Below are positions 14,071 to 23,288 of a DNA stretch of 32,000 bases, piece after piece; position 1 is the stretch's first letter, and each line of letters starts with the position of its first letter. A program made the position numbers and the translations under genes. This stretch comes from Thermosulfurimonas dismutans. Its GTDB lineage: Bacteria > Desulfobacterota > Thermodesulfobacteria > Thermodesulfobacteriales > Thermodesulfobacteriaceae. Below the pieces are notes generated by a model, which ran no database searches, was not told the DNA's origin, and was given only the letters and a program-made list of their open reading frames with translations. The stretch covers positions 30,001 to 62,000 of the forward strand of contig NZ_LWLG01000012.1 in assembly GCF_001652585.1 (NCBI RefSeq), in the 5' to 3' direction.

Positions 14071-14079
14071 TGGTATGAT
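14071..14079 (+). promoter_or_regulatory. Candidate extended -10 promoter (TGGTATGAT) for the FmdE-domain gene
   Basis: A TGnTATGAT motif lies at 14071-14079, 31 nt upstream of the ATG at 14110. No good -35 element is present. GGAG sits 10 nt before the ATG. Confidence 0.3.
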
Positions 14080-14109
14080 TCTCAAAAAAACGGTCATGGA
14101 GAACCGAAA

Positions 14110-14730
14110 ATGAACATCTTTGAAGTCCCTTTTGAAAAGATCCTTGAGGAATCAGTACGTGTGCATGGACACCTCTGTGCCGGTCAGGTTCTGGGCGTAA
14201 GATTGGCCCTTTTGGGCCTACGCCTCATCGGCATTCAAGAGCCGAAAGGAAAAGATCGCAAGAAATTCCTAGTATTCGTAGAAATAGATCGCTGCGCCAC
14301 AGATGCCATCCAGTCCGTAACCGGAGCCAGTCTCGGCAAGCGAAGTCTCAAATTCTGCGACTACGGCATCATGGCCGCCACTTTTCTAAATCTAGAGACC
14401 GGCAAGGCCTATCGGGTAATCGCCCGGGAGGAGGCTCGGGAACTTGCTGATCGCTATTTCCCGGAAATCGAGGACAAATATCGTCGTCAGCTTGAGGCCT
14501 ACCGTGTCATGCCGGAAGAAGAACTTTTTCTGGTGCAGGAAGTAGAAGTGGAGGTTTCGGAATTCGATCTTCCGGGAAGGCCCAAAAAACGTGTAAGATG
14601 CGAGGTCTGCGGAATCCATGTCCAGGACGGACGCGAAGTAGAAAAGGAAGGCCGCATCCTTTGCCGTCCCTGTGCCGAAGGGGGGTATTTCAGAGTAAAA
14701 AGGACCTTACCTCTGGAGCAAACAGGATAA
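14110..14730 (+). CDS. FmdE-domain protein with C-terminal zinc ribbon
   Basis: The ORF is 206 aa. FmdE-type motifs are VHGHLCAGQVLGVRLA and EIDRCATDAIQSVTGASLGKRSLKFCDYG. The C-terminal zinc ribbon is CEVCG...CRPC. The 3' end overlaps convergent holB by 24 nt. Confidence 0.8.
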   Translation: MNIFEVPFEKILEESVRVHGHLCAGQVLGVRLALLGLRLIGIQEPKGKDRKKFLVFVEIDRCATDAIQSVTGASLGKRSLKFCDYGIMAATFLNLETGKAYRVIAREEARELADRYFPEIEDKYRRQLEAYRVMPEEELFLVQEVEVEVSEFDLPGRPKKRVRCEVCGIHVQDGREVEKEGRILCRPCAEGGYFRVKRTLPLEQTG

Positions 14731-15654
14731 CTCCAGTATCAGAGCTAGGAGGCTCAACTCCGGATTGGCATAACGTTCCAAACCCTCTAAGATACGATCC
14801 GTAAAGGAAATAATTTTAATCGCCTCCGCGGGGGCAGGTTCAGGAAAGACTCTGGGGTATTCGGAAAGTCCTTTGGCTTTGAGATAGGAATACCAGAGCC
14901 AGAGTTTCAAAAGATAGATCAACTCTGGCAGATCCTTTTTGCGTTGAGCAAGCCCCTCGGCAGCCTTAAGTTTCAGAGCCGGATCGTTCATCCGGGCCAC
15001 CGAGACCACCCGGTTGAGTTCCTCAAGTAGCCCCTTCTCCGCAAAGGAGAGCGCCCGCCCAAGGCTTCCCTCAGATAACAGGGCCAGCATTTGGGCCTCC
15101 TCAGGCTCTCTACCAAACCTTTCGATGAGCATCTTTGTCACCAATTCCGGGGGTAGGGCCCGGAAACGCACCACCTGTGACCGAGAAACAATGGTAGGCA
15201 AGAGGGTATCGGTGGATACTGCAGTAATAATGAAATGAACGTAAGGGGGAGGTTCCTCCAAGGACTTTAGGAGTGCATTGGCAGCTTCAGGAGTAAGCCG
15301 TTCAGCCGAAAGAATCAAAATCACTTTGGCCGGAGCCTCAAGGGGCCTGAACCTCATAAAATTTTCGGCCTCTCGCACCTGAGAGATCTTGATATTTTCC
15401 CCCTGGGGGTCCAGGACCATAAGATCGGGATGTACTCCCCGGGATAGTTTCTGACAGTTGGTACATTCATGACAGGGCGAAGACTCCGAACAGAAAAGAT
15501 AGTTCACCAAAAGAAAGGCACAGGTCTTCTTACCAGTACCCTCCGGGCCTACCAGAAGATAAGTCTGGGCCAATTTGCCGGAGGCGAGGGCGCGTTTAAA
15601 AAGCCTTACGGCTGGCTCCTGACCAACAACTTCTTCCCAACTCCTCGGCTTCAT
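14707..15654 (-). CDS. holB: DNA polymerase III subunit delta'
   Basis: The ORF is 315 aa. The N-terminus is WEEVVGQEPAV and the Walker A-like motif is LLVGPEGTGKKTCA. The Zn module is CSESSPCHECTNCQKLSRGVHPD. Confidence 0.88.
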   Translation of the reverse strand: MKPRSWEEVVGQEPAVRLFKRALASGKLAQTYLLVGPEGTGKKTCAFLLVNYLFCSESSPCHECTNCQKLSRGVHPDLMVLDPQGENIKISQVREAENFMRFRPLEAPAKVILILSAERLTPEAANALLKSLEEPPPYVHFIITAVSTDTLLPTIVSRSQVVRFRALPPELVTKMLIERFGREPEEAQMLALLSEGSLGRALSFAEKGLLEELNRVVSVARMNDPALKLKAAEGLAQRKKDLPELIYLLKLWLWYSYLKAKGLSEYPRVFPEPAPAEAIKIISFTDRILEGLERYANPELSLLALILELSCLLQR

Positions 15655-16915
15655 CTCTTCCTCTTCTTATCCGGGCCCCTACAGAGGAAAGCTTTTCAGC
15701 CATCCTTTCGTAACCCCGATCCAGGTGCTCAAGCCCGTAGACCCGGCTCACACCCTCAGCCGCAAGAGCCGCTAGCACCAGGCAAGCACTAGCTCTAAGG
15801 TCCGAGGCCTCGACTTCGGCTCCTTGGAGTCTCACCGGTCCTTTTACCACGGCGGTTCGGCCGTCAACCTCGATCTCCGCCCCCATACGCCGGAGCTCAA
15901 AGACATGCTGAAAACGATTTTCAAAAAGGTTCTCCGTGATAAGGGAAACTCCTTTGGCCCGGGTCATAAGGACCATGATCTGGGCCTGAAGGTCGGTAGG
16001 AAAACCTGGATAGGGAGCAGTCACCACCTTGAGAGGGCAAATCCTTCGAGAAACCCTTACAAAGATCCGATGAGACTCCGTCTCGATCTCAAGACCAGCT
16101 TCCCGAAGCTTTTCCAGCGGGGCTTCAAGGAAAGAGACATCGGTGTCGGAGAGAACGAGTTCTCCGCCCGTAAGACCCGGAAGCACGAGATAGGTTCCAG
16201 TCTCGATACGATCCGGGATGATTCTTACTTCCGAAGGAGGAGGGGAGAGATCATCGCGACCGTAGATCACGATCCGTTCGGTCCCTAGGCCTTCGATCCT
16301 AGCCCCCATCTCCAAAAGCATTTCTCCGAGGAAGACTACTTCGGGTTCCCGGGCGGCGTTCCTGATCTCTGTGCGCCCTTTCGCTAGGGCCGCAGCCATC
16401 ATCAAATTTTCGGTGGCCGTAACCGAGGGGATATCTAGGACGATTTCCGTTCCGGAAAGACCTTTTTCCGCAAAAGCCAAAATGTAACCGTGTGAAATCT
16501 CTATCCGAGCCCCCAGGCGTTCAAGCCCCCGGAGATGGAGATCAACCGGGCGTTTGCCAATGGGACACCCACCGGGAAGGGCCACCCGGGCCTTTCCAAA
16601 CCGGGCCACGAGGGGCCCGAGCACCAACACCGAGGCGCGCATAAGCCTTACAAGATCATAGGGGGCCTCAAATTCCGTCACCCCAGAAGTATCCACTAGA
16701 AGAGTTTGCCCTTCTTCCCACCACTTCGCCCCTAGATGGGAAAGAAGCTCAAGCATGGTACAAAGATCGCTCACTCTAGGGGCGTTGGTGAAACGATAGA
16801 CTCCAGGGGAAAGGAGGGTAGCTGCCAGGGCCGGAAGTACGGCGTTTTTGGCCCCGCTTATCTTTATTTCGCCCGAAACTGGGAAACCGCCTTCAATCTC
16901 AAAGAAGGCCCTCAT
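15596..16915 (-). CDS. murA: UDP-N-acetylglucosamine 1-carboxyvinyltransferase
   Basis: The ORF is 439 aa. The N-terminus is GEIKISGAKNAVLPALAA and the active-site loop is LPGGCPIGKRPVDLH. The protein ends with LDRGYERMAEKL plus an extra ~20-aa tail that overlaps the holB start by 59 nt. Confidence 0.93.
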   Translation of the reverse strand: MRAFFEIEGGFPVSGEIKISGAKNAVLPALAATLLSPGVYRFTNAPRVSDLCTMLELLSHLGAKWWEEGQTLLVDTSGVTEFEAPYDLVRLMRASVLVLGPLVARFGKARVALPGGCPIGKRPVDLHLRGLERLGARIEISHGYILAFAEKGLSGTEIVLDIPSVTATENLMMAAALAKGRTEIRNAAREPEVVFLGEMLLEMGARIEGLGTERIVIYGRDDLSPPPSEVRIIPDRIETGTYLVLPGLTGGELVLSDTDVSFLEAPLEKLREAGLEIETESHRIFVRVSRRICPLKVVTAPYPGFPTDLQAQIMVLMTRAKGVSLITENLFENRFQHVFELRRMGAEIEVDGRTAVVKGPVRLQGAEVEASDLRASACLVLAALAAEGVSRVYGLEHLDRGYERMAEKLSSVGARIRRGRDEAEELGRSCWSGASRKAF

Positions 16916-17745
16916 TTCTCCACCACCGCCACCCGGGCTATACCCGAAAGGTCTTTTTCAAAGTAAACCTTAAGATCACATCTTCGGCAAATCTCTTCCA
17001 CGGCCTCTCTCTGATCGTAACCGATTTCAAGAAAGATCTTACCCCCGGGTTTGAGATAACCAGGGCCTTTCTCAAGGGTTCTCCGAACAAAGGCCAAACC
17101 ATCCCACCCCCCATAGAGAGCCTCAAGGGGTTCATGATCCAGGATTTCCCGAGAAAGACCGGAGAGATCCCTTGCGGACACATAAGGAGGATTGGATACT
17201 AAGGCCGAAAATTTAGGACCGAACCTTAGAGGGGAAAGCCAGTCGCCCCGCACAAGAAACATCCGTTCGGCCACTCCGTGGAGTTTGGCGTTCTCTAAGG
17301 CCAGTCTAAGGGCCCCCTCTTGGATGTCGATCCCGAGCCCTTTTAGCCCAGCTCGCTCCAGGAGACAGGTAACAAGAATCACCCCGGAGCCCACTCCGAG
17401 CTCAAGCACCGGGCCCTCGGGAACTTTGGCCTTGAGGAAGGCTTCCACTAGGATCTCGGTTTCCGGTCTGGGGATGAGGACTCCGGGACGAATTTTGAAT
17501 GTCCGCCCCCAGAACTCCACCTCTCCCAGCACATAGGCCAGGGGTTTGCCGGAAGCCCGTTCGGCAAGTAGTCTCCGGAATAGTCCCTCTGGGACCTCGC
17601 TATCTAAACGAAGATAAAGATCCAGAGGCCGGAGGCCAAGGAGAAAGGCCAGGATGAGACGGGTTTCGTGTTCTGCGTCCCTGGCGTCAAACCCCCGGGA
17701 GAGGAAAAACTTTTTCCCCAGGGCTAGAGCCTCGGAGACGGTCAT
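16912..17745 (-). CDS. prmC: Peptide chain release factor N5-glutamine methyltransferase
   Basis: The ORF is 277 aa. The SAM-binding motif is LELGVGSGVI and the catalytic motif is LVSNPPYV. The HemK-type N-terminal helical domain is present. Confidence 0.88.
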   Translation of the reverse strand: MTVSEALALGKKFFLSRGFDARDAEHETRLILAFLLGLRPLDLYLRLDSEVPEGLFRRLLAERASGKPLAYVLGEVEFWGRTFKIRPGVLIPRPETEILVEAFLKAKVPEGPVLELGVGSGVILVTCLLERAGLKGLGIDIQEGALRLALENAKLHGVAERMFLVRGDWLSPLRFGPKFSALVSNPPYVSARDLSGLSREILDHEPLEALYGGWDGLAFVRRTLEKGPGYLKPGGKIFLEIGYDQREAVEEICRRCDLKVYFEKDLSGIARVAVVEK

Positions 17746-18380
17746 CAGAAAACTTTGGGACGCAGACGATTTAGAATAATCTCATATTGATCTTCTCCGG
17801 ACCGGAGACGACGAATACTAGTGGCCACATCAAACTGATTCTCCGCCATTTTGATAAAAGGCGCGAGCACCCTGAGCCTTTCCCGGTCGTGGGCCAGATA
17901 AATCTCACCTCCTGGTAGGAGATAGTGCCTAAAAAGATCGAAGAGAGGCTGAAAGAATCTACCGGCATAGACCACTTCGGCCCCAATGATGATTTCGAAT
18001 TCTCCCAGGTCATCGGGCTTAAACCAGTCCAGTCTGGCAACTTTTACGGAAAGGCCATTGGCCTGCGCGGAGCGCTGGATGAGCTCCAGTGGCACCTCAT
18101 CGTAGTCCGTAAGGGTGACTTCGTGTCCAAAGGCTGCAGCCACGAGGCCCGGCACCCCCAAACCGGCTCCAATCTCAAGGATCTTTTTGGGAGGGGTAAG
18201 GGTAGCCACAAAGTCCGCCAGCACGATAGCCGCCTCCCAGAGCTTGGCCCAGAAAGGAAACTCCGAAACTCTAACGCTCTCTCCCTCAAAAAAGGGGCTA
18301 AGATCCGCTGGTCTGAAGATCACAATCTCCTTGTCCCTTACGCGAAGAGGCTCTTTAACTAGGGAAAGATCTTTAATCAT
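17745..18380 (-). CDS. Class I SAM-dependent methyltransferase (protein-lysine-methyltransferase-like), substrate unknown
   Basis: The ORF is 211 aa. The SAM motif is ILEIGAGLGVPGLVAA, followed by VTLTDYD and IIIGAEVVY. Confidence 0.7.
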   Translation of the reverse strand: MIKDLSLVKEPLRVRDKEIVIFRPADLSPFFEGESVRVSEFPFWAKLWEAAIVLADFVATLTPPKKILEIGAGLGVPGLVAAAFGHEVTLTDYDEVPLELIQRSAQANGLSVKVARLDWFKPDDLGEFEIIIGAEVVYAGRFFQPLFDLFRHYLLPGGEIYLAHDRERLRVLAPFIKMAENQFDVATSIRRLRSGEDQYEIILNRLRPKVF

Positions 18381-19381
18381 CTCTCCGGTCTCCTTGAGAG
18401 TTTTATCGCAATATACCGTCTTTTGCCTCTCCGCAAAATCTCGAGTTCAAGGGTCTCACCCGGTCTCTTTGAAAGGACTAAATTAAAAAGTTCTTCGGGC
18501 CGTTCCACCGGAAGTCCCGAAACTTTGAGAATAAGGTCCCCCCCTATCTGATAGATGCGGTTTCCCACAGATTTGGTAGCCCTTCCGGCCCTAAGCCCGG
18601 CCCTGGCAGCCGGACTCCTAGGATAGACTTTAGTAACCAGGAGACCCCGCCGGCTCGGGATTCCCAAAGCCCTTACCAGGGAAGCACTTATAGGTACGGT
18701 CTCCACCCCTAGCCAGGCCCAGGTCACTCGGCCCTCCTGCAAAAAACGCTCCACCGCGAGCCTAATCGTGCGTCCAGACTCCACTAAGGCTTCAAATTTT
18801 CCTACCGTTGAAGGCAGGGATACCAAAAAACCGCAAAACTCTCCTCGGGCATTAAAAACCGGCCCCGAATAAACGGCCGGGGAGAAGACCTTGAAATAGT
18901 CCTCTCGAAGATATCCGTGAACCCTTAAAGGGCTTGGGTTTCTGACCACCCATCCCGGATAAACCTCAAGCTCCCCCCTGCGGGTTACAAGATAAACCCT
19001 CTCGCCTGGGACTGGAGTTCTCCGGGTATAGGTGAGTTTTCTTTTCTCCCGAATCTGGTGCTCCAGTTCTAAAAAGGCCAGTTCCGTAAATTGGTCGTAG
19101 GTTTTAAATCTGGCGGACAGAGAATCTCCATCTGGAAGGACAACCTCGATGAAAAGGGCTTCTTTAACCTCGGAATAGGGAGCCACTACATAACGCCCTC
19201 CGGGCAAAAGCAAGCCCGTAGTCGCCCCTAGGGTTTTATCGTTACGGTAGAGAGCCGTGGCTGGCACGGGTTTGGTAAGTACTGTAACTACTCTTGAAAA
19301 GTCTAGCTCCGAAGCGGCTCCAGCCGTCTTTAAAAGGCTAAGTATTAAAAAAATTACTACGCTCAGCCTAAAAGATTGCAT
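18377..19381 (-). CDS. Secreted HtrA-like trypsin-fold + PDZ protein with an apparently incomplete catalytic triad
   Basis: The ORF is 334 aa with signal peptide MQSFRLSVVIFLILSLLKTAGA. By hand alignment to DegP, TNNHV corresponds to APYSEV (no His), DIALI to ELAFL (Asp to Glu) and GNSGGAL to VYSGPVF (Ser kept). A PDZ-like segment is present (GLLVTKVYPRSPAARAGLRAG...GDLILKVSG). Confidence 0.65.
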   Translation of the reverse strand: MQSFRLSVVIFLILSLLKTAGAASELDFSRVVTVLTKPVPATALYRNDKTLGATTGLLLPGGRYVVAPYSEVKEALFIEVVLPDGDSLSARFKTYDQFTELAFLELEHQIREKRKLTYTRRTPVPGERVYLVTRRGELEVYPGWVVRNPSPLRVHGYLREDYFKVFSPAVYSGPVFNARGEFCGFLVSLPSTVGKFEALVESGRTIRLAVERFLQEGRVTWAWLGVETVPISASLVRALGIPSRRGLLVTKVYPRSPAARAGLRAGRATKSVGNRIYQIGGDLILKVSGLPVERPEELFNLVLSKRPGETLELEILRRGKRRYIAIKLSRRPER

Positions 19382-20138
19382 AGACCAGCATCGCCAGAAG
19401 GAGTCGATAAACGATAAACGGATAAAAACTCCGGGTTTGGAGAAAACTCAACAGGAAGGAGATGGCCAGCCAACCAGATAGGAAAGCGGCCAGGGCCCCG
19501 GAAAACAGAGTCAAAAAAGGCAATTCGCCCTGAGATAAGATTTTGACGCCCTCAAAAAGACCCGCCCCGGTGATGATAGGCGCGGAGAGGAGGAAGGAAA
19601 AATGGGCGGCTTCGGCTCTTGAAAGCCCGAGAAGTAACCCGGCAGCCATGGTGATTCCGCTCCGGGAGGTCCCGGGAATGAGGGCCAGGGCTTGAGCCAA
19701 ACCAATGACTGCGGCCCCCAACAAACCAAGCTCCCGAAGACTTTTATCCTTTCGGCCGAAAAATTCGCCAGCCAAAAGGGGTAAACTCATGAGAATCAGC
19801 ATGAAGGCCACCCTTTCCGGCACTCGAAAGTGGGCCGAAACTATATCCTCAAGGAACAAGCCAGCCACAGCTCCGGGAATAGTCCCCACGCAAAGCATAA
19901 GGAATAGCAACCTTCCGAAGCCAGGTCTTCTAAAAGAGGAAATAATCATCAGCCAGTCCCTGCGGAAATAGATGAGAACCGCCATGAGGGTCCCCAAGTG
20001 AATAAAGGTATCAAAGGCCAACCCTGCTCGGACACGAAAGAAGGCCTCCGTCAAAATAAGATGCCCTGAGCTTGAGACCGGGAGAAACTCTGTCGCCCCC
20101 TGAACCAATCCCAAAAAAAATGCTTCCACAATTTTCAT
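19368..20138 (-). CDS. uppP: Undecaprenyl-diphosphate phosphatase
   Basis: The ORF is 256 aa and is polytopic. BacA motifs are ATEFLPVSSSGHL and PGTSRSG. Confidence 0.9.
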   Translation of the reverse strand: MKIVEAFFLGLVQGATEFLPVSSSGHLILTEAFFRVRAGLAFDTFIHLGTLMAVLIYFRRDWLMIISSFRRPGFGRLLFLMLCVGTIPGAVAGLFLEDIVSAHFRVPERVAFMLILMSLPLLAGEFFGRKDKSLRELGLLGAAVIGLAQALALIPGTSRSGITMAAGLLLGLSRAEAAHFSFLLSAPIITGAGLFEGVKILSQGELPFLTLFSGALAAFLSGWLAISFLLSFLQTRSFYPFIVYRLLLAMLVYAIF

Positions 20139-20142
20139 AAGA

Positions 20143-21081
20143 TTAAAACATGCGTTTTTTTATAAAATAAGCCACCACCGAACCTGAAAGAAAAAAGGAC
20201 GCCCCCATCAATATCCAAAAGGCGTGCGGATTGTCTTGGAGAGGCAAGCGAATATTCATACCATAGATACTTGATATCAGGGTCGGGAGAGCTAGAACAA
20301 TGGCAATAGCTGTAAGGAATTTCATGACAATATTGAGATTATTTCCGATAATGGAGGCGTAGGTATCCATGGTGTTGCCTAAAATGTCAGAATAGATCTT
20401 GGCCATCTCCATGGCCTGTCGATTCTCAATCTGGATGTCCTCAAGCATCTCGAAGTCCTCTTCCGAGAGGCGGAGGTAGCGGCCGGACTGTATGCGAATG
20501 AGCACGACGTCATTGCCCCGAAGCGCAGTATTGAAATAGACCAGGCTCTTCTCCAAGCTAAGAATCTTCAAGAGTTCTCGGTTTCGCATGGAGCGGTGAA
20601 GTTCGGCCTCATAGTCGTCTATAAGGCGATCGATCAAGCGTAGATAACGCAGATACAGATTGGCTACACAATAAAAGAATAGGAAGATGAAGGTCGTGGG
20701 CCTCTCAAGGTCCACCGCAAAAGTCTTGCCGGAGAGGGCCAACACCTCTTCGAAGACCAGATTTTCCTTGAGACAGAGGGCCACAACAGCTTCATCGGTA
20801 AGGATGATACCCACCGGAATAGTCTCGTAACGAATGATGTCGCCCTCGTGCCGAGGATCAGGCACATGAAAGATCACCAGAAGCTGTTTCTCTTCGACCT
20901 CGATCCGGGGCCTTTCCTCGGCATCGAGAGGGTATTTCAGAAAATCCGGAAGGATGCGGAGCTTGTTCTCCATATAGTGGAGTTCTTCCTCGGTGGGTGC
21001 AGTAAGGACTACTAGGGAATGGGGGCTTATCTTTTCCGCTGGGACTAGAAAACCGTTTTCAGAACGATAAATCCTGAGCAT
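20143..21081 (-). CDS. corA: CorA-family magnesium/cobalt transporter
   Basis: The ORF is 312 aa. It has a C-terminal two-TM module with the YGMN signature (ISSIYGMNIRLP). Confidence 0.88.
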   Translation of the reverse strand: MLRIYRSENGFLVPAEKISPHSLVVLTAPTEEELHYMENKLRILPDFLKYPLDAEERPRIEVEEKQLLVIFHVPDPRHEGDIIRYETIPVGIILTDEAVVALCLKENLVFEEVLALSGKTFAVDLERPTTFIFLFFYCVANLYLRYLRLIDRLIDDYEAELHRSMRNRELLKILSLEKSLVYFNTALRGNDVVLIRIQSGRYLRLSEEDFEMLEDIQIENRQAMEMAKIYSDILGNTMDTYASIIGNNLNIVMKFLTAIAIVLALPTLISSIYGMNIRLPLQDNPHAFWILMGASFFLSGSVVAYFIKKRMF

Positions 21082-21130
21082 GGCTCCTCTATCTAACCCC
21101 TTAAACGCTTTACGGTCAACCTTAGGAAGA

Positions 21131-22006
21131 TCATTCTATATTTTGCACCTGTTCGCGTATTTTTTCGATAACGGCCTTGACCTCTACTGCAAGCTGAGAG
21201 ATCTCGGCCGAGGCTGCCTTGTTGGCCAGGGTATTTATCTCCCGAAACATCTCCTGACAAAGGAAGTCGAGCTTACGGCCGTGGGGGCCGGTTCCCTCTA
21301 TCGCTTTTGCAAAATGTTCTCGGTGGCTCTTCAAACGGTCAAGTTCCTCGGTAAAATCCAGACGGTCGGCCAGGATGGCCGCCTCCTGATGAAGCCTTAT
21401 GGGATCGAACCCCTTGTCCCCAAGGAGACTCATAATGCGCTCTTCAAGCCGTCGGCGAGCCTCCTCAAAATGTTTTTCTTTGATGTTTTCAATCTGTAAC
21501 AGGAGCTCATCCAGGGTCTTTAAGTGCTGAAAAATAACTTCCTTGAGATAGACTCCCTCCTGGTTCCTCATCTCCGAAAGTGCCGCAAGGGCTTCTGTCA
21601 GAGCCGGCTCGAATTCCTGCCACAAAGTCTCTATCTCCGGTTGGGCTTCGGCCAGGGTAAAGATTTCTTTAAGACGTAGGAGATCCCTTACCTCGATTTC
21701 TCCGGAAAGACCAAACTCAACTTTAAGCTCTCTTAAAGTCCTCAAATACTGGGCGGCTAGCGCCCGATCTACGAAAAGAAGGGCCGTCTCAGATGGGGTG
21801 CCGATCAGACGGGCCTGGAGTTCAAAGCGCCCCCGATTAAACCGGGCTTGAATTTCTCGACGGATACGTTCTTCCAGGACGTGATAGCGGCGGGGAAGGC
21901 GCAAAATGATTTCCATGAAACGATGGTTAAGGCTCTTCACCTCCACCTGGAGGCTAAAGCCCTTTCCCTGGTACTCTCCTCTACCGAAACCGGTCATACT
22001 TTTCAT
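21131..22006 (-). CDS. yicC: YicC-family stress-induced protein
   Basis: The ORF is 291 aa. It has the characteristic N-terminus MKSMTGFGRGE and a conserved C-terminal block (GRKLDFLCQEMFREINTLANKA). Confidence 0.88.
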   Translation of the reverse strand: MKSMTGFGRGEYQGKGFSLQVEVKSLNHRFMEIILRLPRRYHVLEERIRREIQARFNRGRFELQARLIGTPSETALLFVDRALAAQYLRTLRELKVEFGLSGEIEVRDLLRLKEIFTLAEAQPEIETLWQEFEPALTEALAALSEMRNQEGVYLKEVIFQHLKTLDELLLQIENIKEKHFEEARRRLEERIMSLLGDKGFDPIRLHQEAAILADRLDFTEELDRLKSHREHFAKAIEGTGPHGRKLDFLCQEMFREINTLANKAASAEISQLAVEVKAVIEKIREQVQNIE

Positions 22007-22067
22007 CTCGAACCTCCGACAAAATTTGCCCTTCTATTTACTCCCCCTCTGTGTTAAATAAAAGGGC

Positions 22068-22631
22068 ATGCGGTATCTCCGCGAAAGGCGTCCTGATCCC
22101 ACCAAGCTCATTGAGGAAAAAATGGCCGTAGCCGAGGAACTTTTCAATCTCTGGGGAGAAAGTCTTTTACGAGACCCAGAACTCCCAGAGCTTCTCAAGG
22201 CCTACCGCCAGGCGGTAGAAAAATCTAACCAGGCCATGGAAGCCGCGGGTACCTTTAGGGAATGTTATCTCTGTAGCGTTGAAGAAGGCCTAGGTTGTTG
22301 CAAAATAGGTTTAGAGAACGAGTGCACGGTATTGATTTTGCTCTTGAATCGCTTACTAGGAGTAGAATTCCCAAAAGATAGGGAAGTTCCCGGAAGGTGC
22401 TTTTTTGTTGGGCCTCTAGGATGCAAGATCTTCGCCCGCCCTATGCTCTGCCGAGACTATTTTTGCCGGAGACTTCACAAAAAGGTCCCGGAACAAGAGA
22501 TGATCCACATCACCCAGATATTGAACGATGAACTCACGCTCCTTTATCGGATCACTAGTCTCATGCGGTCCCGACTCGAGTTTTGGACCGGAGACTTCAT
22601 GCAGGAATTAGATCTTACCGGCTACATTTAA
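22068..22631 (+). CDS. YkgJ-like cysteine-cluster (putative Zn/Fe-chelating) protein
   Basis: The ORF is 187 aa. The cysteine pattern is CYLCSVEEGLGCC ... C ... C, followed by GCKIFARPMLCRDYFC. This resembles the CxxC..CC / CxIYxxRPxxCRxF arrangement of the UPF0153/YkgJ family. Confidence 0.55.
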   Translation: MRYLRERRPDPTKLIEEKMAVAEELFNLWGESLLRDPELPELLKAYRQAVEKSNQAMEAAGTFRECYLCSVEEGLGCCKIGLENECTVLILLLNRLLGVEFPKDREVPGRCFFVGPLGCKIFARPMLCRDYFCRRLHKKVPEQEMIHITQILNDELTLLYRITSLMRSRLEFWTGDFMQELDLTGYI

Positions 22632-22648
22632 GAATTGGGAGGGGAATC

Positions 22649-23266
22649 ATGAAAGGACTGGTGATTTTTCTAGGGCTTATTTTCTTACTTGTCGGTTGTG
22701 CCAAAAAGGAGGTACCGGTAGGCCCCATTCCGGAAGAAGCTCCAGCTACGGAAAAGGTGCTCCCTCCGGAAGCGATCTCTCCTCAACCTGAAGAAACCGA
22801 AACAGGAAAGCTCTCGGCGATCGAAACTTCCCCCGAATTTACCGAGGAAAGCTTAGAAGAAGCCGCTCACAGGGCAGAGAAACTTCCTCCAGAGGAACGC
22901 TGGCAGATCTATGGTCGGAGCACTCCTCCCCTTAAGGCCATCTTCTTCGATTTTGACGATTACCGTATCCGTAAGGACATGATCGAAAGACTTAAAGAGA
23001 ATGCCCGTTTTCTGGTGGCCCATCCGGAATACCGGGTAGAGCTTCAGGGGAACTGTGACGAGCGCGGCGACCGGGACTATAACCTAGCCTTAGGAGAGAA
23101 GCGGGCCCTTGAGGTCAAGCGCTTTCTGGTAAACCTAGGGGTGGCGGAAGACAGGCTCTCCACCGTAAGCTTCGGTGAGGAAAGACCGCTTGCCCCCGGG
23201 CACAACGAACGTTCCTGGGCCCTCAACCGTCGGGTAGATTTAGTTATTATCAAAGAAACCTATTAA
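22649..23266 (+). CDS. pal: Peptidoglycan-associated lipoprotein (OmpA-family C-terminal domain)
   Basis: I moved the start to the ATG at 22649, which is preceded by GGGAGGGG. The product begins MKGLVIFLGLIFLLVGC, with a lipobox LVGC. The OmpA/Pal block is LQGNCDERGDRDYNLALGEKRALEVKRFL...NRRVDL. Confidence 0.88.
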   Translation: MKGLVIFLGLIFLLVGCAKKEVPVGPIPEEAPATEKVLPPEAISPQPEETETGKLSAIETSPEFTEESLEEAAHRAEKLPPEERWQIYGRSTPPLKAIFFDFDDYRIRKDMIERLKENARFLVAHPEYRVELQGNCDERGDRDYNLALGEKRALEVKRFLVNLGVAEDRLSTVSFGEERPLAPGHNERSWALNRRVDLVIIKETY

Positions 23267-23288
23267 AAATTAAATAAAGGAGGAAAAG

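Noticed and set aside
14920-14945. Additional sigma54-like sites (TGGCAG-N..-TTTTGCG at about 14925 and TGGCAA-N..-GGTTGCA at about 24046)
   Set aside because: The GG-to-GC spacing is 2 nt too long in both. Both lie inside coding regions, one of them antisense to holB.
21080-21499. 139-aa plus-strand ORF opposite yicC
   Set aside because: It is antisense to a gene with a diagnostic YicC N-terminus and C-terminal block. It has no motifs, and it would leave yicC uncoded.
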